Both the position numbers and the translations under genes were made by a program. Below are positions 8,806 through 17,964 of a DNA stretch of 64,000 bases, piece after piece. The DNA lies in IMG/VR virus record IMGVR_UViG_3300031911_000004, positions 541 to 64,540 of that record; one strand, written 5' to 3'. The first letter of the stretch is position 1; each line of letters starts with the position of its first letter. The notes under the pieces were generated by a model. The model had not been told where the DNA came from. It searched no databases and saw only the letters and a program-made list of their open reading frames with translations. Source of the stretch: a virus.

Positions 8806-11208
8806 TCACTTCCTCCGCTGACTCGACCAAAGCAGAGTCACATCCCGGATGATCCACGGCTTTTGATCCCCGCTGATGACGCGAATCTTCACCTTCACGG
8901 CGGCATCCTGAATCGACAGCATGAGGGAGTGCTTGCACAGTGGATAGTCGCCCATGTCGCCGTAGGTCCGGGTGACAGTGTTGCCTTTCTCGCCCGTAAA
9001 CGTCACCTCAACGATCCCGCGTGATCCGGCCACACTGGACCAGATCAAACCCTGGAAATGCTTGATGGTCGCCGGGTCGCCCATGTCAAACATCCCGGTC
9101 TCCATCACGGTATCGACCGAGCGGAGATACTTCACGCCGTTATACGTGACGGTCCCGTAGCCATTCTCGGCAGCGCCAGGGGTGTAGGAGGGCGAGTAAC
9201 CCGTTGCGGGTGTCGTGACCCCGAAGGTATCGCCCCGGTCGTTCTGGCGCACGGTGTCCATGTAGAACAGGTTGCCGCCTTCATCGCTGAACAGAATCTC
9301 GGTACGGTCGAGCTCCAGTTTTGAGGCATGGTACATCTTTGGGTAGTCGAACGGGCCTACAATCCCTTCCTCCAGCATGTCGTACCCAAAGCCCTTCATG
9401 GTGCCATCGGTGGCCGGGAGCCACATCCAGAGCATTTGCCCGTAGGTGTCAGAGATCATGAAGGTGCGCTCCGACTCATTCACCAATCGGTTGCGGTCGA
9501 TGGTGTCACGCAGATACGCCGCCGCCTCCAAGCTTTTAAACTTGGAATCCTTCTTGCCGTAACGGGCGTTGTTCCATTCGTAAATCTGGCAGTCAGCGCC
9601 GAGGAAGTAGCTCTTCGCGTCCTCCCATTGGGCGATCATGTTTTGGTTGAACGCGCCCGCTGTAACCTGAAGGCTGTAGCGGGTGAAGTCAGATGTCGTG
9701 ATGCTGGTGATGCCAGACTTGGTGTGGGCGAAGATGGTTCGCTCGTCTCCAGTCAGCGCCGTGATAGTCGATTTACCCGTCTCCTCAGTGCTCCCTTGGA
9801 TCGTCAGGTAGTCTTGGTTCCACATCCCCTCTGGCGCGATCTCGTCCGCCAGCGATGCCTTGCTGAACTGAACTCGGGCCGTGTAATTGGTGATGCCAGC
9901 TTTCCAGACCTGACCGTTTGAGAAGACCGTGTACTTTGACGGCAACGGCCTTGACTGGTCGTTGCTCATCACCTGACCGATCTCCACGTCTGTCCCGAGG
10001 GTGTAGACGTTGGTGCCATCGGTGTTCGGCACCGTGCGTACAAGATTCCAGACAGCTTCGTCGCCCGTCCCAAACTGGAGGTAGATGCGGATGAATCCGA
10101 ACCGGCTGCTCTCTACGGTGCTGTTGCCCGTGACCTGGACTTGCAGGTCTTTGAAGTCGCCGGAGCCGATCAGCACACTTGCGGATTTCTCGGACGACGG
10201 CCCCTCGTATCCAAAGCCATTTGTGCCGATGTCCCAGTACCGCAGATACACGGTTTTCTCCGTGTTGTTGAACCCAACGCTTTCGTTAGCGTCCACACCG
10301 CCAGACATTGCGGCGATGGAGTAGCTGCCAGAATCATCTGTTGAATTTGATCCGCTGGCAGTAGCTACCCCGAATGTGAGCGTGGATGAGTTCCACATCG
10401 CTATGATGGCGCTGTTGCTGCTCAATCCCGGGCCAGGGGCGGTGTGGATCAAGAACTGATAAGGGCTCGCTTGGGTGCCTGCGCCAGACCTCTCAACAAA
10501 TAGCGACGCACCATAAAGGTCATGAATGATGCCGATCTGGATGTTGTGCCCAGTCGTCCCTGGGAACTGCGTAGGATCAGCCGTAAACACAAGGTTCACG
10601 CCACCCGCTCGCCCCGTTACCACCCGTGTTGCCTGCACGTTCGCCACCGTAGACACCGCCACGGGCACAATGACGGGCTTTGCTGGCTTCTCATTGGTCC
10701 CCGCCTTGCGGAGAGTCCCGCTGCGGGCAAGCTGTGCAATCCGGTCGTCATCGACGCCGTTGCCAAGAAATACCTCCTCGAAAATACGGCGATCATACCA
10801 CCGTGCGGTGGCGTCGAGCGTAGCGTTCTCCAGAACCGTGTAAACCACAGATCCAGCGTCGAAGTCGTAGTTCCCTGTGAAACTCCCGTCGTCTCCGATG
10901 TAGATCGGACCACCACGGCATTTCGAGGTGTTGAAGTTGTAGAAGTAGAGCCAGCTTTTGCCTTGGCTCGTGATCTTCACGCAACTGACTTTGTTGGTCG
11001 CCGTGTTGATCCCCAGCGTTGCCGCCAATGAAACGAACGTCGGAATCCCAAGCAGCCTGTAGTAGTAGATCGTGCCCCTGAATCCACCTTGAGGACGCAG
11101 AATCAGGTTGTTGGCGGCGGTGAGACGTTCTCCCGTGTGGGTCGTCTCCCGCAACGATGTGACGGGTTCAAACTGGGCGATCTTGAACTGTGCTTGGCGG
11201 CTGGCCAT
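8806..11208 (-). CDS. Podovirus tail nozzle / DNA stabilization protein (P22 gp10- or T7 gp12-like)
   Basis: 800 aa, beta-rich; N-terminal AANNLILRPQGG, C-terminal METGMFDMGDP...KHFQGL; follows the adaptor gene. Confidence 0.7.
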   Translation of the reverse strand: MASRQAQFKIAQFEPVTSLRETTHTGERLTAANNLILRPQGGFRGTIYYYRLLGIPTFVSLAATLGINTATNKVSCVKITSQGKSWLYFYNFNTSKCRGGPIYIGDDGSFTGNYDFDAGSVVYTVLENATLDATARWYDRRIFEEVFLGNGVDDDRIAQLARSGTLRKAGTNEKPAKPVIVPVAVSTVANVQATRVVTGRAGGVNLVFTADPTQFPGTTGHNIQIGIIHDLYGASLFVERSGAGTQASPYQFLIHTAPGPGLSSNSAIIAMWNSSTLTFGVATASGSNSTDDSGSYSIAAMSGGVDANESVGFNNTEKTVYLRYWDIGTNGFGYEGPSSEKSASVLIGSGDFKDLQVQVTGNSTVESSRFGFIRIYLQFGTGDEAVWNLVRTVPNTDGTNVYTLGTDVEIGQVMSNDQSRPLPSKYTVFSNGQVWKAGITNYTARVQFSKASLADEIAPEGMWNQDYLTIQGSTEETGKSTITALTGDERTIFAHTKSGITSITTSDFTRYSLQVTAGAFNQNMIAQWEDAKSYFLGADCQIYEWNNARYGKKDSKFKSLEAAAYLRDTIDRNRLVNESERTFMISDTYGQMLWMWLPATDGTMKGFGYDMLEEGIVGPFDYPKMYHASKLELDRTEILFSDEGGNLFYMDTVRQNDRGDTFGVTTPATGYSPSYTPGAAENGYGTVTYNGVKYLRSVDTVMETGMFDMGDPATIKHFQGLIWSSVAGSRGIVEVTFTGEKGNTVTRTYGDMGDYPLCKHSLMLSIQDAAVKVKIRVISGDQKPWIIRDVTLLWSSQRRK

Positions 11209-11211
11209 AGG

Positions 11212-12141
11212 CTACCACACCCCTCCATTGCTGACGGACTCTTGGTATTCGGTCTGCGGCTCCCTGATGATGTCAAGTTGAGCAAGCGCCCGCTGGTACT
11301 GCTCGTCAATCTGGGCTTGGTCGCCGTCAAAAAGGTGGTATCCGCTGAACCGCTTTCGCGCAATCGGGTAAAGAATCGTCTGATCGAACCCATAAGGGCA
11401 GAGTTCTGCTGTCGTGTCGCTGGAGAGATTCGTGATTGCGGGCCAGAGTTTGCGGACGAAGAACTTCAACGGGAATGCCGATGGAGGGATGGGATTAAGC
11501 CGGATGAACTGGCGGGGAAACCCGCTTGAGTTTCTCAGCGTCTCAATCAAATAGGAGTCCGGGGTGTCGATCTCCCGGTCGGCGGTGGTCTGCGGCATGT
11601 AGCGGGCCGCGCCATAGTCTCGTGTGGTTCCGTAAACGGTCCAGTCCACAAGCTGGGCGTTGCTCGTGATGGGATACAGTCGGCGGTCGGCGGCGAGTTC
11701 AATCGGAGCAATCACCTCGAACACACCATCATCAAGGGGGATGCAGTCGCTATAGACGATCGCGGTTCCGGTCCCGCTGACAGTCGCGCTGCCCCACGGG
11801 ATGACAAGTTCCCAGCCCGCACCCACGGCGACAAGCTGGTTCTGGAACGCTTGGTTGCCAATCTGGACGGTGCAGCCGTTCATCCACGACGCAAATCCAG
11901 TCCCGCCCGTGATGGTCTTGGAATCCTGGGTAAGGGTCAACCCCGTGAGAGCCGCTTGCGCCTTCGTGTATGCGCCAGATGGAACGCGGGTCCACCAGAG
12001 CGGACCAAGGGTCGCCATCTCCTCCCGTGCCGCGTTGATGTCATTAAGCACCCGTTGCAGAAGAACTGGTCCTGCATGGGTGGAGTTTTCGACCCCCACC
12101 ATGCCAAGGAGTGCGTCGCGGAGGTCGGTAACGGCTGACAT
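11212..12141 (-). CDS. Head-tail adaptor protein
   Basis: Helical N-terminus (LNDINAAREE), IRLNPIP motif, helical C-terminus; position after the capsid genes. Confidence 0.65.
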   Translation of the reverse strand: MSAVTDLRDALLGMVGVENSTHAGPVLLQRVLNDINAAREEMATLGPLWWTRVPSGAYTKAQAALTGLTLTQDSKTITGGTGFASWMNGCTVQIGNQAFQNQLVAVGAGWELVIPWGSATVSGTGTAIVYSDCIPLDDGVFEVIAPIELAADRRLYPITSNAQLVDWTVYGTTRDYGAARYMPQTTADREIDTPDSYLIETLRNSSGFPRQFIRLNPIPPSAFPLKFFVRKLWPAITNLSSDTTAELCPYGFDQTILYPIARKRFSGYHLFDGDQAQIDEQYQRALAQLDIIREPQTEYQESVSNGGVW

Positions 12142-12238
12142 GGGAGGGAGTATGGTTGCGGCAGACGGAGTTGCACCATCATCTCAGCCGTATGAGAGCT
12201 GCGTTTTGCTGTTATACTATGCCGCGATTTTCGCGACC

Positions 12239-12877
12239 TTAGTTCGCGCTGCGGGCCACTTCAACAAAAGACGTGCCATCCCACAGAAGTGAGAGAATAT
12301 CGTTTGCGTCAGGAGTCCACGCGGCAGACAAGACAGCCGTGCCACTATCAGGCAATTCCACCGCATTGGTGGCTGGAGCGCGGAGGATGTACACCTGCCC
12401 GCTGATCGCACCCGTGCCAGATAGGACGATGGTCCTATTCGATCCCGTCGCATTGTCGGAAGTGAAGATGATGTTCACCGCAGTTCCCGGCGTAACAGTC
12501 TGGCCGTCTGCCGTCATCGCAACCGTCGTAGCGGCCTGAGCGCCGGAGACTTGAGCGGTGCGGTTCGTGACGGTGATCGTAGCGGCCCGGACGGGTTCCT
12601 CAGCGGCAATCGTGGTCTGGAAGGAGTCGCGGGTAGCGCCTTCGAGCACGAGAGCGTTGGCTGATGCCGTGACGGATACCTTGCCAGAGCGATCAATCAG
12701 ACCGCCAGATGTGACCGCGTAGGGCACACTCGCGCCAGCCTGGGGATTCACCTGCTGGACAGCGAGGTCAATCTGGGCGGCACTCTGAGCGTCAGAGATG
12801 CGCGGAGGCCAGACAGAGAAGAACGCAACCGCCAGAATGGCAGTCAGTAGCGAGAGGGTGGCGTATTGCTTTTTCAT
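12239..12877 (-). CDS. Putative virion decoration/fibre protein with N-terminal signal-like peptide
   Basis: Thr/Ala-rich beta protein ending LLWDGTSFVEVARS; hydrophobic N-terminus. Confidence 0.6.
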   Translation of the reverse strand: MKKQYATLSLLTAILAVAFFSVWPPRISDAQSAAQIDLAVQQVNPQAGASVPYAVTSGGLIDRSGKVSVTASANALVLEGATRDSFQTTIAAEEPVRAATITVTNRTAQVSGAQAATTVAMTADGQTVTPGTAVNIIFTSDNATGSNRTIVLSGTGAISGQVYILRAPATNAVELPDSGTAVLSAAWTPDANDILSLLWDGTSFVEVARSAN

Positions 12878-12898
12878 GGGGTGTCGAGGTGGTGGTGT

Positions 12899-13909
12899 TT
12901 AGCGATTGAGAGTGATGACGCCAGCGGCGTTCTGTTTGATGGGCGGGTGATCGAGTTCAAGGAGTGCCTTGATGGCGTCTTTCTCGACTCCGAGGTCGCG
13001 GGCGATAGCAGTGATGCGAACTTTCTCGGTCGCGTTCTGGACGTACTCCACGACGGACTTTGCGAGGTCGGATTCAGCGGCGGGAGATTCGGGTTCTTCT
13101 GGAGGCGCTTGATAGTCATTCTTGTCATCCTTCCACTCATCAACCTCCTGCGGTTGATCGGTGTCAGCGAGGTCAACAACTGGCTCGGTTTCCGGCTCAG
13201 CCTTGAAGCCACCTTCAGGGAATGCTGGAATGCCAGGGGTCGGCACGATCCCCTTTTGCTCAGCGTAGGCGCTGAGTTGCTTTTTCTGATCTTCAGTGAA
13301 TGGAACCTGAATGAAGGTCGTCGCACCATCCTTTTCCGTGACTTCGATGTTGATATCCTTCACTGGCTCCATCCCCTCTGGCCATTCAGCCGGGATCTCG
13401 ACCACTGGAATCGGAACCTCGTTCGCACCGCGCCGGACTTCCCAAACGTCGCTCGCACTGGCGTTGAAGTGGTACACATCGCGGAACCACATGATGGGGA
13501 CTCCGCGTTCACGGTCCTGCATCGCGATACCGATCTGACCGAATTGGCCATGGACTTCGACGGTCAGTCCGCTGTTTTGGAACTCGGCACCAAGGCGGGT
13601 GGCTTTTTTGAGCCAGTCATGGGATTCGTTGGAAATGACCCAACGATCAACGTCAAGCCCCCTTTGAACTGAAACGATTGGAACAGGGATATTCACACCA
13701 TGTCTGCCCACGCTTTCCATGACATCACGCCGATACAGGTTGAACTCCTCTAGTGAGGCAAAGCGATAAACCTGATGACCCTTGATGTTCGCATGAGTCA
13801 AGCCTAACACCTTATGTCCTGCCTCGCAGGCAACTGGACGGGTGGCATTGGGATACACGAAGCCGATCTCAAGGAACTCGGCAGGACTGGGGATATAGGC
13901 TTCAGACAT
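12899..13909 (-). CDS. Hypothetical head-module protein, acidic C-terminal half
   Basis: Likely start MSEAYIP at 13909, directly downstream of the major capsid gene. Confidence 0.6.
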   Translation of the reverse strand: MSEAYIPSPAEFLEIGFVYPNATRPVACEAGHKVLGLTHANIKGHQVYRFASLEEFNLYRRDVMESVGRHGVNIPVPIVSVQRGLDVDRWVISNESHDWLKKATRLGAEFQNSGLTVEVHGQFGQIGIAMQDRERGVPIMWFRDVYHFNASASDVWEVRRGANEVPIPVVEIPAEWPEGMEPVKDINIEVTEKDGATTFIQVPFTEDQKKQLSAYAEQKGIVPTPGIPAFPEGGFKAEPETEPVVDLADTDQPQEVDEWKDDKNDYQAPPEEPESPAAESDLAKSVVEYVQNATEKVRITAIARDLGVEKDAIKALLELDHPPIKQNAAGVITLNR

Positions 13910-13932
13910 AATGATGGCATGTTGCACCATAG

Positions 13933-13964
13933 AGGGGTGGACCGCAAGCCTGCGATCCACCCCC
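13933..13964 (-). terminator. Strong hairpin downstream of the major capsid gene
   Basis: GGGGTGGATCGCA-GGCT-TGCGGTCCACCCC; weak U tail, so it may be an mRNA-stabilising hairpin. Confidence 0.5.
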
Positions 13965-13981
13965 GAACTTGTAAGCGTTGC

Positions 13982-15466
13982 TTACACGATGGTCGGCCAA
14001 CCTGGAGGATTGTACGCCGACTCAACGATGGCGTAGCCGTTCACCACGTTGTCGGCGTTCTCCACCGCGCGGCACCCCCAGATTTGACGCCAGCCAAGAC
14101 CCGTCACGTTGCCGTAGTCTTCGACCTGCTGGATGCGCTCACCGTGGCGAGCGCCACCATCAAGCGAACCCCAGCCAGTCACCATCATGTGCTTGCCGAA
14201 CACCCACGTACGAACGAACGGCTGGCCGTTGGCGTTCACTTCGTAGATGCGGGAGCCGACCGGAAGAGCCTCGGTTGCCACAACGCTGGAGGTCCAGACG
14301 CCGGAACCGTAGGTCATGCTCCCGACGGTCGTCGCAATCGCGCCAGTGGTGCTGGCCGCGAGGCGCAGAACCTGGGTGATCTGGTTCCCGTTGTTCACCT
14401 GATAGGAGAAGATGGCAATCTTCCCGGTGTCGGACGCCACAACCGCCAGATAGCGCATCGTAGTGGTATCCGCCGCGATCTTCTCGCCTTCGTGGCCAAC
14501 GTACTGGGCGTTGGAGAAGTTCTGGAAGTACAGCGGAGCCGTAAGAGCGCCGAACGTCGCGGTGCCGCCGCCCTTGATGGTCTGGGCAGTCGTGGTCGCG
14601 GTGGAGGGGATCACTGCACCGAGGTAAGCGCGAGGAGCGCCCAAGCAGGCTTTGGGGCCGATCTGGGTGCCATCTTCAACCTGCCACTCGTGCAGCCATG
14701 TGTTGTCCCATGTCGGGAACCCACCCGCGAACAGGTAGTTCTTGTCTCCACGTTCGCCCGCCTGGGAAAGCAGGTTCTGGTAGGAGTTGCTCTGGTGCAT
14801 CCCGTCGAAGGAATACTGGCTCCCCAGCGCGGTGAAACGCCAGATGTCGGCTCCTGCGTTGGACTTCTTGACCGAGAACGGTTCGGCCTGAAGGCTGACA
14901 AGGCCACTCTTGGCGCGGGACACGTCACCCAACTTCAGGTAGTTGGCGCTCTTGAGGGAGTCGCGGGAGGTAACACCATCGGCATAGAAGGTGTTGTTCG
15001 AGTGCTTGCGCTTCTCCATCTCGAAGAGGATGTCGGAGGACATCTTCCAGGCGAAGAACTCGGCGAGCTTCTTCTTGCACCGCTGATCCCACTGAGAACC
15101 GATGACGGTTTGCTCCTTGGTCTGCTTGTCGGTCGCGACCGCATGGCGGAAGTGGCCGATCTTGGCGCGGTAGTTGGAGTGGTATTCCTTTTCCTCGGAG
15201 CCGATGAGGGTCGTGGAACCCTGCACGCCAGCACCGCCGAGGGGGCGATCCATGGTGAGCACGATTTCCTGACCGTCGAGCTTGCCGAAGTCAACGAGTT
15301 CAAGGATCGGGCGTTGTTCGCCGATCCCGCCGATGTAGTCGTAGAGCGGATTGGCCCGACCACGCATTTGCAGCGTGATGGACTTTTTCCATTTCACTTC
15401 CTGCGTGTCCGACGTATTCAGCCGGGTCAGGAAGTTGGTGAAGTTGGGGATGTCGTAAGAGGCCAT
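13982..15466 (-). CDS. Major capsid protein (N4-gp56/DUF4043-like)
   Basis: Start MASYDIP at 15466; DFGKLDGQEI...LGGAGVQG..TLIGSEE...IGHFRHAV; C-terminal VEDYGNVTGLGWRQIWG. Confidence 0.85.
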   Translation of the reverse strand: MASYDIPNFTNFLTRLNTSDTQEVKWKKSITLQMRGRANPLYDYIGGIGEQRPILELVDFGKLDGQEIVLTMDRPLGGAGVQGSTTLIGSEEKEYHSNYRAKIGHFRHAVATDKQTKEQTVIGSQWDQRCKKKLAEFFAWKMSSDILFEMEKRKHSNNTFYADGVTSRDSLKSANYLKLGDVSRAKSGLVSLQAEPFSVKKSNAGADIWRFTALGSQYSFDGMHQSNSYQNLLSQAGERGDKNYLFAGGFPTWDNTWLHEWQVEDGTQIGPKACLGAPRAYLGAVIPSTATTTAQTIKGGGTATFGALTAPLYFQNFSNAQYVGHEGEKIAADTTTMRYLAVVASDTGKIAIFSYQVNNGNQITQVLRLAASTTGAIATTVGSMTYGSGVWTSSVVATEALPVGSRIYEVNANGQPFVRTWVFGKHMMVTGWGSLDGGARHGERIQQVEDYGNVTGLGWRQIWGCRAVENADNVVNGYAIVESAYNPPGWPTIV

Positions 15467-15588
15467 GGCCGTAGGTGTATGGATGTTGAGGGCCTGCGAC
15501 ACATGCCGCAGACGGGTTTGATTCACGCAAGATCATCAGCCGGAACGTGCCGACCTGATCTCGAATGGTGCTGCCAGAGGTGGGATGG

Positions 15589-16671
15589 TTACGCGATTGC
15601 GAAACCAAGCCCATGTTGGGCCGCTTTTGATCCGCTGTAGATTTCAGCGTCGTACAACGCTGCCACAGCTTCTGGACCACCTTCTTGGAGGGCTTTCGCC
15701 ACCGCCTCTTGAGTGATGCCTTCTTGGCTTGCAGACTTCGCCGCCGTAGCGGCAGACCCCTGCACGGGTCGGTATCCAGCCTTCTGGACGGGCTTCTGAG
15801 TGGCTTTCGCCTGCTCTGTGCCCTTCTCTTCAGACTGGGACTCCTTCGCGGACTTGATGTCCAAACGGGCAGCAACTTCCTTGAGGATCAAGTACGGGGC
15901 TTCGGGGTTGCCCTTGTACTTGTGGTTCTTATCTCTTGAAAACTTGTCGATTGCAACATGCATTGCATCAGAAAGCCGAGAGTCTTCAATCTCAGACTCG
16001 GGAAACTCCTCAATGCCTCGACGAACCGCTTCGTTCCACTTGGCGTCGAAATCTTCAGCGGTAGCAACCCGGTACTCATACTCGGCTTGCTCCTGTTCCT
16101 CTTGGATTTCGAGGCGCTGGATTTCGAGTTTGAGGTCGGTCTCCTGCTTGGACAGCTTGCGGATGTCCTTCGCGGTAAGATCGTAGTCCTCGTCGGATGA
16201 GTCGAGTTTCGTGGTGATCTCGGTCAACTGTGTCCGCTTCTCCTCAAGAGTGGAGCGGATTTTCGCCACCGTGTCAGGGATCTCGGGAGTGGCGTCGGCA
16301 TCAGCCTCGTCGTCCGTGACACCAAGCTGTTCTTTCGCGATCTCCAGAGCTTTTTCGAGGGGAATTCCAGCCTTCGCGGCGATGGTGGCAGCGCGGCGGT
16401 CAACCGGACTCCACTTGCCGATGCGAACACGCTTTGGGTCTTCAGCCTCCTCCTCGTCGTCATCCTCGGATTCTTTCTCCTCGGACTTCTCCTCAGCGGT
16501 GACTTCCTCGGAAGCCTCCTCCGTTTCTTCGGTGGACTCACCTTCCTTCTTGTCCTCAACCTTCTCCTGTTGTTGATCCTCGATCACAACCTGCTTTTCG
16601 CCGTCGGGCTTCCCAGCCTCTTCGTACATGGCTTCTGCGGCTGCATCAAGATCAACATACTCGTCGGACAT
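15589..16671 (-). CDS. Capsid scaffolding protein
   Basis: Very acidic coiled-coil protein immediately upstream of the MCP. Confidence 0.7.
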   Translation of the reverse strand: MSDEYVDLDAAAEAMYEEAGKPDGEKQVVIEDQQQEKVEDKKEGESTEETEEASEEVTAEEKSEEKESEDDDEEEAEDPKRVRIGKWSPVDRRAATIAAKAGIPLEKALEIAKEQLGVTDDEADADATPEIPDTVAKIRSTLEEKRTQLTEITTKLDSSDEDYDLTAKDIRKLSKQETDLKLEIQRLEIQEEQEQAEYEYRVATAEDFDAKWNEAVRRGIEEFPESEIEDSRLSDAMHVAIDKFSRDKNHKYKGNPEAPYLILKEVAARLDIKSAKESQSEEKGTEQAKATQKPVQKAGYRPVQGSAATAAKSASQEGITQEAVAKALQEGGPEAVAALYDAEIYSGSKAAQHGLGFAIA

Positions 16672-16771
16672 GGCCCTATCGTAATTCCACGCAACCATGG
16701 TGCTCAACAGATTCCGATGGCGAAAAACGATACCATCCGCTACTATCCGCAACCATCCAATACATCACGAC

Positions 16772-16966
16772 ATGAAACCACCCTCAAACGATACAAAGAC
16801 GGTCAACGCCAGAGAGTTGGCGGCAATGCTCGGAGTCAGTCGGTTGACGGTGCTCCGATGGGGCCGTGACGGGCTGATTCCGTCGATGAAAGTCGGGCGA
16901 CTCGTGATGTTCGAGCCGGAGAAAGTGAAATCCGCAGTTCAGAGATTCAAACCCAAAACCGTATGA
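16772..16966 (+). CDS. Excisionase-like HTH (HTH_17) DNA-binding protein
   Basis: NARELAAMLGVSRLTVLRWGRDGLIPSMKVGRLVMF. Confidence 0.8.
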   Translation: MKPPSNDTKTVNARELAAMLGVSRLTVLRWGRDGLIPSMKVGRLVMFEPEKVKSAVQRFKPKTV

Positions 16967-17964
16967 AGCAAGACACCAAAATCGTAGTCACCGGAGCCAG
17001 CGGGTTTATCGGTGGGCACCTCGTCAAGCGCCTTGTCGCGGACGGGTACACCAACATCCGAGCCATCGGGCGCGGGGATCGCTGGTGGCAACAATTCCCG
17101 GAGGCCGACAACCGAAAACTCGATCTCACGAACCCGACTGACTGTGACGAAGCGGTGTCGGATGCTGAGGTGGTGTTCCATCTTGCGGCTGACATCGGGG
17201 GTATTCAGTACATTCAGGCGCGTGATTTTGAGTGCATGAGGAATGTAATAATCGACGCCAACGTCATCGAGTCGGCCAGGAAGTACGGGGTTGGTCAATT
17301 CATCCTAGCGAGTTCGGCGTGTGTTTACCCTGACAGCGCGGCCAAAGAGTGCTTGGAGGACTCCGCATTCCCGGCGAATCCGGCGACCGGGTACGGGTGG
17401 GCAAAGATCATGAGCGAGAAGATGGTCGCTGCGGCAGTCCCGCATCAGATTGCCCGTCTGCATACCATCTACGGCCCGCATGGCGACTGGGAAGGCAGCA
17501 AGGCGAAGGTGATCTCGGCGTTGTGCCGGAAGGTCGCAGAAGTGGCACTCGGGCTGTCCGAGACGGTCCACATCTACGGGGACGGCACGCAAACGCGGAC
17601 GTTCCTTTACGTGGATGACGCGGTTGAGTTGTTGATACGGATGGCGACGAGAAAGCACCTGCGTGAACCGATCAATATCGGACACCAATTCTCGCGGAGT
17701 GTGATTGAGGTTATTGCGGCAATCGAAGAAGCAGCGGACTTGAAGACGCGGAAACTCTTTGACCTCGGGGCGAACGTTGGACTTCAAGACCGTGGGTGCA
17801 ACACTGGACGCGCTCAGGCGCGACTTGGTGGACTCTCTCCAACATTATTTGAGGACGGCATCACAAACACCTACTCATGGGTGCTCGATCAGGTACAAGA
17901 GAAGGCGGGACTTAACCGTCCTCGTCCCGCTCTGCAAAGTGCTGGGCAACTGCCGCCATCATGA
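16963..17964 (+). CDS. GDP-mannose 3,5-epimerase-like NAD-dependent epimerase
   Basis: TGASGFIG Rossmann motif, LAADIGG, SSACVYP, YGWAK (YxxxK), KVISALCRK, YGDGTQTR, all GME-like. Confidence 0.85.
   Translation: MKQDTKIVVTGASGFIGGHLVKRLVADGYTNIRAIGRGDRWWQQFPEADNRKLDLTNPTDCDEAVSDAEVVFHLAADIGGIQYIQARDFECMRNVIIDANVIESARKYGVGQFILASSACVYPDSAAKECLEDSAFPANPATGYGWAKIMSEKMVAAAVPHQIARLHTIYGPHGDWEGSKAKVISALCRKVAEVALGLSETVHIYGDGTQTRTFLYVDDAVELLIRMATRKHLREPINIGHQFSRSVIEVIAAIEEAADLKTRKLFDLGANVGLQDRGCNTGRAQARLGGLSPTLFEDGITNTYSWVLDQVQEKAGLNRPRPALQSAGQLPPS

Noticed and set aside
13814-15640. 608-aa + strand ORF
   Set aside because: Antisense shadow of the major capsid gene caused by GC-rich codon bias; no recognisable motifs. 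The same applies to the many + strand ORFs opposite the portal, giant protein and terL.
16772-16966. Excisionase implying an integration module
   Set aside because: No integrase recognised; HTH_17 proteins are often plain regulators
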